Below are positions 56,601 to 64,000 of a stretch of 64,000 bases of DNA, piece by piece. The notes beneath the pieces are model-generated. The model was not told the DNA's origin and did not search any database. It saw only the letters and a program-made list of their open reading frames with translations. A program made the position numbers and the translations under genes. The stretch is from Epithemia pelagica. Taxonomy: Eukaryota; Protista; Bacillariophyta. The stretch covers positions 3,162,001-3,226,000 of the forward strand of contig OX337235.1 in the NCBI GenBank assembly GCA_946965045.2. Direction: 5' to 3'. How positions within the stretch are numbered: position 1 is the first letter of the stretch; each line of letters starts with the position of its first letter.

Positions 56601-58273
56601 GAATAAAAGGTTTCATTGCTCACGGAATAATACACTTCCAAAAAGCCACGACATGTTCTTGTTGTCGTCGTCGTCGTCAAGGACGAATCGGCCGCCGTGG
56701 TCCAGGAAGACGAATCGTCTCCGGTAATATCACTCACTTCATATTCTCCCTCTTCTTCTTGGACATTGTCCTTTGGATGGGCAATGGTCGTGGTTTGACA
56801 TTGGACCGGTCCATCGTGCCATCGTACCTTGAGCAAAACACCTTGCGGCGTTTCGACGGGCGGACTCCCCAGAGCCTCGTCAAATGTACCATCTGGCACG
56901 GTGGTGGTGGTCGACGTTGATGCATTGGTGGTCGTGGTGCTAATGGACGTTTCATTCATTCCATATTGCTTGTCTGGCACGGACGACGGCGGCCAGGTTC
57001 CATGTGTCTTGTTCAAGAGGGTATGCCACCAGGCTTGGTCGTAATACAAGTAGGCCTTGCCAAAGGTGGTACGATATTGCTGTTGATCTTGCAATCGTTG
57101 CACGGCCTGTTGGCCAAACAAATCAACGGGTGTATCCCACACCATGCATTCCAAGGTTTGTACCACGGGTGGTTCCAAGGCTTCCCGCAACCCTTCGACT
57201 TGCAACAAGTGATGGCGTGGCAAATTCAAGACCAACACCTTGACCGTCGTCGGACGGTCCTCCAGTCGCGAGTCGGTAGGAGTTTTTGTCGCATTGACGG
57301 ACGTTGCATTGGGGGTATTGTGGTGAGTACGGCTCGACGGGTGATAAATCACGGGAGATCGCACCCCCGTGGCCGTATTTTCAAACACAATTTGAAACCG
57401 ATCCTTGTCGTCGTCGTCGTCCTCCACGTTGGGGTGGTCGTCTGGTTTCTTCATTTGAGGAATGTGCAGTTGAACCAATTTGGTTTGCAAAAAGACGCGA
57501 GCACCATGGTCTTGACAGGCTTGCACCATGTGTTGCAAGGCCGTATCAAAGCCGGTCGGCAAGCCGGTCGTCGGATCGACCATGCGTCGAAAGGGTGCCG
57601 TATAATTCCAATAGGATTGTTCGGGAAATTCCGAATGATCGGGCGGCGGACAGGTCGGATCGTAACAGACGGTTGGCAATTGCAAATGATGCATCATTAA
57701 ATCTCCCATGAGTTGCATATCTGGCGTAAATCGATAGGCACCGACATCCACGACAAAGTCCGTGCCGTTGGTATGACGATGCGAGACGGGGACGGAATAG
57801 GTGCGGCCACCAATCCGACTGGATTGTTCCATCAAACAATACTGGGAGGCACTTTGATTGCGGGCCACGCCATCCATGACGCGCCGATAAAAACTATAAA
57901 CACCACCCCATCCAGCACCGACAAAGATTTCTTGACATCCTTGATAGGGATTGGGATGAGGATAGTGCAATTTGGGTGTCGTTGTTGTTGTTGTAGATGC
58001 CTTGTCCGTGTCATCGGTTTGCAACAAGGGCAAGGAGATTTCCGGTCGCGATTGTGCGGCACGTCGACGTGAGTGACTTGCTGCCGCCAAAGGGCTGTGG
58101 CGAATATGGGGTGTTGTTGGAGAGGATAGCTTCTCATCCTCTTCCTTGTTTACGTTGTTGTTGTTGTTGTTATGGCTGTTGGATTCTGCTTTTGCCGCGA
58201 CGCCATTGGTGGTCCATGCCATGATGATGATGATGAGAAGGATGCCAACCAACCAAGACTTTAGTAGTAGCAA
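53620..58273 (-). CDS. Flavin amine-oxidase::BT1 transporter fusion, copy 2; exons 58273-54292, 54181-54155, 54067-53964, 53844-53620; signal-peptide-like N-terminus
   Basis: IFVGAGWGG, RIGGRTYS, VDVGAYRF, GDWAEESLMQAER; TM; BT1 motifs. Three GT-AG introns restore the C-terminus collinearly with copy 1. The ORF opens at TTG 58273; the first ATG is at 58222. Confidence 0.88.
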
Positions 58274-59200
58274 TGAGTTTGGAAGAGTGATTCTTCTTCC
58301 TTTTCTTTGTGTACAGGAAGGACGATCAAGGAGATGAGATTTGGAAGAATTGCACCAGTCTGGGCGTTGCGGGTTGTGGTGGTGTGATTCACTCTTCTTT
58401 CGCGTTCGTCGAGACGAGAACCAGAGAAAATGAGGTCAACCGTACCAACCAACCAACCAATTCTTGGAAGGATACTTTTTCCAACCACAAAGAAGAATGT
58501 GTAATGAGAACTCGGTCTTCACCAGCACCGCTGCGAAAGGATCCGTATGGTTTGTGTTGTGATCAATCTCCAACAAGTTTGTCACGAAGTTGCTTTACGA
58601 TTGATGATGAGGAAGATCTAGGTAGAGAATGGAGGAGGAAGAGGACTTGTTCTTTTTGTCTCTCTCTTTTTTCCCTTCTTCCATTTGCTGTTGTGCTGTG
58701 CAAAAAAAGAAGAGAAAAGAGGGGGAGCGGTGACAGCAGCCGCCGTCGAACATCACCAACCTATACTCCCTAGCAAATTTAAAAGAATATCTTTTGTTCC
58801 TTCTTTCTACTAAAATCCCTGACCGACTCCCTACGCATCCAATGGTACAAACAATATCGCTGGGATGTATACATTTCGGATTCGGGACCGCTGTGCCCCG
58901 CCGAAGGCCGAATGCCGAACGTGGTCCAACTGGCACTGGCGTTGTGTCGCGGATACGTCACATTTACCCACGTCAGTTTCTGAGCTACAACTGTTGAAGT
59001 TCCTCGGTACGCAGCTGTTGGTAAAGGCCTGTGTGTCGCTGTGTTTGGAACGTGATTGGTCGCGGTTGAGAGCTACGACAATGCGTCTGGGGAAGTTCCC
59101 CCGGCGCGCACAAACATAGTCACAAAGCATCTCGTCTGTCGCCTCTCGGTGGATCAATTCTCACACACCAAGACTACCCTACTACTTCTTGAGTTGTGTT

Positions 59201-59328
59201 GATTCTCCGTGTGGGTCCAAGAGCGAGATACAGCAGGAGGGATGCAAGGTGTCCCCCGAAAACGGGTGGTCTTTGGGGTGGTGGCAGCCGCTACATGTCT
59301 CCATGTCACGACCCTCATGATACAGAGA
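59201..59328 (+). pseudogene. Truncated paralogous copy of the sulfotransferase 5' end
   Basis: GTGGGTCCAA..GCGAGATACAGCAG...CCCCGAAAAC...GTGGCAGCCGCT.CATGTCTCCATGT matches about 60882-60995. Confidence 0.7.
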
Positions 59329-60918
59329 GAGAGAGAGAGAGACCATGGGGCTGTGGAACACGTTCCGTCACACGGGTTGTGCCACTCGTGATGATGAACC
59401 GAGAGGATTCTTGGTTTGTTCGTTCGGCCGACCACAAGAATTGGCACACCATATATCAGGACTATATACCTAGAATAGAAACAGCCTCCTCCTCCAGAGG
59501 CAGAGGTGGCAGACACTTGGCGTTCCATCACAGCAGCACCACCAAACCAACACGGTCCCCCTAAAGGACCAACATGGATCAATCTCTCGCTGTCGGTAGA
59601 CTCCTCAGCCAGGTTGCTGGAATCTCTGCCGACTGGCGTAGTAGTCACTCAATTTCCTCTTGGTCGTCCATCCCAATCGAGTCCAGGACGAGATGCCAGA
59701 TTGGATTGGGTTGGTATAATATTCTTGTGATTGACAGAGAGAGGCCGTGTGTGTTGGATTCGACCGTGGATCTTGTGGGGAGAATCTTGGAATGGTAGCT
59801 GTTGCCGTGGCTGGGTTTGTGGCAAGAGTGCGAGCCCCGCAAATACGATAATCGATAGATCTTGAGGAGGAATGAGGATCCATCCATTCGTGTTCATTTG
59901 TGATATCATCGAGTGTATCTTGTTCTTCCAACTGTTGTTCTTCTGGAGGAGCAGCTGGCTGTGGCTCCACACTGGACAGAATCGTTGTGACTGCTACTAC
60001 AAGGGTTTGAACCGAGAGGCAATTTGGGCAAGAGTAAATTCCAAATCGATCGTTCTTGGCAGGCTACTCTCGTGGAACACGGAATGTTGTCATTAAGGGA
60101 GAAAATCGGGCTCAGGAGGACCAGGTTCCGTCGTCACTTTTGCCATTCTTGTGTAGATTCGTCCTCAGCCGACCAAAACAATCGTAAGGTTCGGAGGAAC
60201 GTTCCATGAGAAAACAGCCTCCTCCTCCAGGCGGCGGCGGCGACGCATTTTGCGCTCCACCAAGCCGAAGAACGACTCGTGGTTGCACGGTTGGCGAAAC
60301 TGCACAGACTGTTGATGCGTTTGTGTTGGAGGGTCCCGAGTTCCTCTTTTCTACTGCGTGAACATGGCGACGCCGGTGGTGGCCACCGCTATATCGTTGC
60401 GAGACAAGGGGGATTGTATCTTCCCCAACCCCACCCCAAGGGCGTGCGACGCGTCACCGACCCTCGGCCTGACGTGACGCGTTGGAAGAATGACGAACTG
60501 GACGAAATAACGTCACCATTGACGAAATGAGATACACAAGGTACTCCTCTAGCTAGGCTTATTATGAGTACAGGAGTAAAAGGGAACAATGGAACTAACG
60601 GGTAGAAGTGACATGACGCGTTTTTCGTCAATTCAGATGACGAAATGGAATCGTGACACCGTCACAGTAGCATCCTTGGTACTCTCGTTACGGGACTGGG
60701 GGATCACGGATGGAGCGAGAGTCATTAATTCATCACTCAACACAAAAAAAACTGAAGACAAGGGGGTTCATGTTCGTTCGTAGTGTCGTTCATGTTCGTA
60801 CCGTAGTGTGGTAATCTTAGGTCTTTTAGAAAAACTGGAAGGTATAAGAGACTACTTCTTGAGCACTTTACCGTTGTTGATTGTCTGTGTGGGTCCAACA
60901 GCGAGATACAGCAGAGTG

Positions 60919-61876
60919 ATGGGTCGCCCCCGAAAACAGGTGTTCTTTGCTGTTGTGGCAGCCGCTGCATGTCTCCATGTCTCGACCTCGATCCTGTCGT
61001 CCATGGATCTCCAACCTTTTGTCGGGTCATCGCTACAGACAGATGATCCCGCACATGATGTGTCATCGATCCAGTCTTTTCCTCCGGCGCCAGTTCCTTT
61101 TACAGTGCATGGTCATTTGCACTATGCCAAAACGGGAGGTTCGACAATCAACGGTATGTTGGCGGCCAAATACGAAGCGTGTGCGGGCACAAGGGATATA
61201 GCTACGATGCTTACCAGTTCAACAAACGAGTCGAACAGGAAATGCAAAGACGGAATGTCAAAACAATTTCCGTACAAGCAGGAGGCAATGATGTCATTCG
61301 AAAATCATACACAAAGATGAATCGAGGACGAGTGCCGCAAGCAGTCATGAAAATTGTGATTACATTAGCCTGGAAGCAAATTGGACTGTTTGGAATCGAA
61401 TGGATGGCATTTGGAATTTTGAACTTCACGTTCCCTGTCGCGATCCACTCGACCACCTCCTGTCCCAGTGCAACTTCAAAAACAGATCATTTGACTGTCA
61501 AGCCGACAATGTCAGAAAGGAAATTCAATCCTGTTTTGTCAAACCCGACCGGTTTCATCCCAAGATGGTACGGAAACACCGACCACACTTCAAGAACCAT
61601 TCGGTCAAGTGCTTCAATCCGATTCCAGTGGAGCCATATATGGCTTACATGGATGAGCGTCTCCAACACAAGCGCATTCCGGCAACTTATATGCATCGAG
61701 GTACCAATAAAAAGCGTCACAAGGAAAGAGAATGTTTGTATCATGAAAACAACACTGAGATTGCCAATAAGGTTACGCAATACTTGGTACAAAAGGTTCC
61801 GTATTATCGATGGTGTCATCAATGTTTGAGGGACCCTGACATGAACTTGCTGTTTCATGTTACTACAACGGAATAA
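60919..61876 (+). pseudogene. Golgi type-II sulfotransferase-like gene with two frameshifts (near 61177 and 61352)
   Basis: N-terminal TM, 5'-PSB-like HYAKTGGSTI, then (R)VCGHKGYSYD and 3'-PB-like HVPCRDPLDHLLS, in three successive frames. Confidence 0.7.
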
Positions 61877-63056
61877 AGAATGGATATAGCGAAATTGCAG
61901 ACTACAGATGGTGGAAGGAATATATTCCAGTTTGCATGCTCGTCCACGTGTCCACCAGATCCTTGCAAAGAGAGAAAATAATGCCAACTGTTTTGGTATG
62001 TCGTGTTCTATCCTCTGGCAAATAAAATAATAATGAACTACTCCTATTGCACACTTCTAGACAGAGTCGCACACAGGTACCACAGTTCCAAAATGCATTG
62101 GCATCCCAATCCAATCCTTGGGATGCTAGAGTAGGCGTGTGTACTTGGGATGGTACTGGATGTGCTCCCGGTGCCTTCTTCTCCCGGGGTTTTCTCGTCC
62201 CATCAGTGGCTTGTGTTTTGACAGTTCCAGAACATGATCCTCAGTGCTAGGAGTTGTTGTCAGTGGGTCGTCCATCCAACTTGGTTTCGATTTGTTGGAG
62301 ACGAGCGACGTGAAATTCAAGGTTACTGTGTTGTGACGTTACACCACCACGGAAGGCAAACTAGTGCCTGTGCTTCTCAAGGTAGTAGACCATGAGAGTC
62401 TACGGTTCGAGAACCCAGGCACACAAACACGCACACGAATCCATGAATGCATTCCCCTTGCGACAATCATCACACCACCACAAAACTCACTGGATGTTGC
62501 GGCTGCCGTCGAACCACCACTGTGTAACCTTAGTACGTGTCACCTTCCGTCCTGGAGCAATTTCAAGTCCACCCCGTCACAACAACAACAACAACAACAT
62601 CAGTAGATTTGTTTCCATTGTCCCACAAACTGTGGTCGCTTCACCGTTCTTCTGGAAAGCCTTCTTTCATCAGTCTTGTTGGAAGTCAAAATGGTACACA
62701 ACAACTTTGTATTTCCCGAGTAGTATATAGGACCGCCACTTTCTCTTGTTTTTCGAGGACCGTGAGTTTTCCCTCCCCTCGTCGTGCTGGAGCATTTCCG
62801 TCCATGCAGAGAGTCTTGCAGTGTCACATCTTAGCCAAGGCATATTATTATGGTGCTTTCGTACATGTTTGGTGGGTACTGGATCACAACACACCCGTGT
62901 CTCATCCCATTTCTCTGATCGTGGTCCATGGTTGGTTGGTGTGGCACGTCCTCGGGTCGCCCCCAACTACCATCCACCGCAACCTATTCTACACGAGAGA
63001 AATTCCTGTCGTACTAACGAACTTGAACGCGTCGTTGTGGGAATACTCGCCGCCAA

Positions 63057-64000
63057 TCATTCCTCCGTTTCTGGTTCGGCGAGTGCTTGTTCTTGTTGTT
63101 CTTGTTCTTCCAGTCGTTGAAGGAGGGCCATGGCCAGGTCGGGTTTGTTGCAACACACTTGATCGACGCCCGTGTCCAACAGGGCTTGATAACAGGCGGG
63201 GCCCTCCTCGGATCCCACATCGTTATACTTTTGGGGCAAGTCTTGGACCATGCCGACGGGTCCCCGGAACCAGGCCATGCTGGTCAAATTGGCGGCGGCC
63301 ATGGCGGCGACACGGTGTCGCGTACATTCATGGTAGGGGACATGAACTTGCGTGGCTCCACACGCCCGAGCGGCCGCCACCAAGTCCTTTGGCAGAGGCG
63401 ACCCAAACAAGGCACCCGTCGGATACCGGACCGAATCGGGTCGCAAGGTTCGCAATTCCTGCAATTGGGCATGATCAAAACTACTGTACGTACACCGCGT
63501 CGTCATTTTGTTGTTGTGGTTGTCTTGGTCAAAGGATTCCACCACGTCCAAGACGGGTTGGACCGTCCGCGGTCCCTTGAGTTCAATGGTAATGGTCAAG
63601 TTCGGGTAGGGTTGCAAGGCCACCAGTACATCCTGGAGGAGGGGAATGCGGGCCCGGGCCACCTCTTCCGGGGCCAAGTGGGCAAATTCGGGATAGGTGG
63701 GATCCAATCGCAAGGCTTGGACTTGGGACCAGTCCAAGTCTTGAATGGTTCGAGTTTTGGCGTCGTTTTTCTCATGGTCGTCGTGGTCCCACAAGACTTG
63801 TCCGTAGAGGGATCCCAAGGGCAGACCGGGACTGTCATTGCCATGAAAGACCACCACGGATCCATCGCGAATCACGTACACGTCCAGTTCGACACCATGA
63901 CACTGTGTGACACAGGCGAGAAAGGAGGGAATGGTATTTTCCAAGGCGTAATGCAAGGCGCCTCGATGACCCAAAATGCGAGGCCCTTTGGTAGTAGTAC
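63057..64000 (-). CDS. Glycerophosphodiester phosphodiesterase (GDPD family), 5' end outside the window
   Basis: ILGHRGA...ENTIPSF...GVELDV...VVFH...IPLLQDVL...IELKGP...YSSFDH; the frame is open to position 64000. Confidence 0.92.
   Translation of the reverse strand, partial: TTTKGPRILGHRGALHYALENTIPSFLACVTQCHGVELDVYVIRDGSVVVFHGNDSPGLPLGSLYGQVLWDHDDHEKNDAKTRTIQDLDWSQVQALRLDPTYPEFAHLAPEEVARARIPLLQDVLVALQPYPNLTITIELKGPRTVQPVLDVVESFDQDNHNNKMTTRCTYSSFDHAQLQELRTLRPDSVRYPTGALFGSPLPKDLVAAARACGATQVHVPYHECTRHRVAAMAAANLTSMAWFRGPVGMVQDLPQKYNDVGSEEGPACYQALLDTGVDQVCCNKPDLAMALLQRLEEQEQQEQALAEPETEE

Noticed and set aside
54375-58072. Several plus-strand ORFs of 200-305 aa (and similarly 62537-63580, 45192-45965, 8234-9082)
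   Set aside because: They are antisense shadows of well-supported genes on the opposite strand; no motifs.

Overview
Eukaryotic genomic DNA, most consistent with a pennate diatom (short GT-AG introns with GTAAGT/GTACGT donors, a CoDi-like Ty1/copia element, a signal-peptide+Phe plastid-type leader, many short CAA runs). Bases 1-23 kb are a nest of transposons: PIF/Harbinger-type remnants, a 5'-truncated RNase H-bearing LINE with a 19-bp target-site duplication (TSD), a 1177-aa Mutator-like/DUF6729-like putative transposase with a convergent partner gene, and a full-length 8.1-kb copia element with non-canonical TA...TA LTR ends, an extra leader ORF and a primer-binding site matching a tRNA-Asn anticodon arm. 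At 28713-35683 lies an apparently intact 7-kb DNA transposon (31-bp TIRs, TA TSD, IS630/Tc1/mariner-like transposase) that carries a SET-domain gene and two further cargo genes. The right half contains a Kelch pseudogene with a pure ~2.2-kb (CAA)n tract, a PD-(D/E)xK/Uma2-like nuclease gene bracketed by two ~1.3-kb direct repeats that each encode a small P-loop kinase, a GFA/CENP-V gene, two inverted paralogues of an unusual flavin amine-oxidase::BT1 (folate/biopterin MFS transporter) fusion around a plastid-targeted SnoaL-like gene, a frameshifted sulfotransferase and a GDPD gene cut by the window edge. The two strongest candidates for an undescribed system are the SET-carrying transposon and the oxidase-transporter fusion pair. 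All family assignments come from motif recognition by eye; no database search was run.
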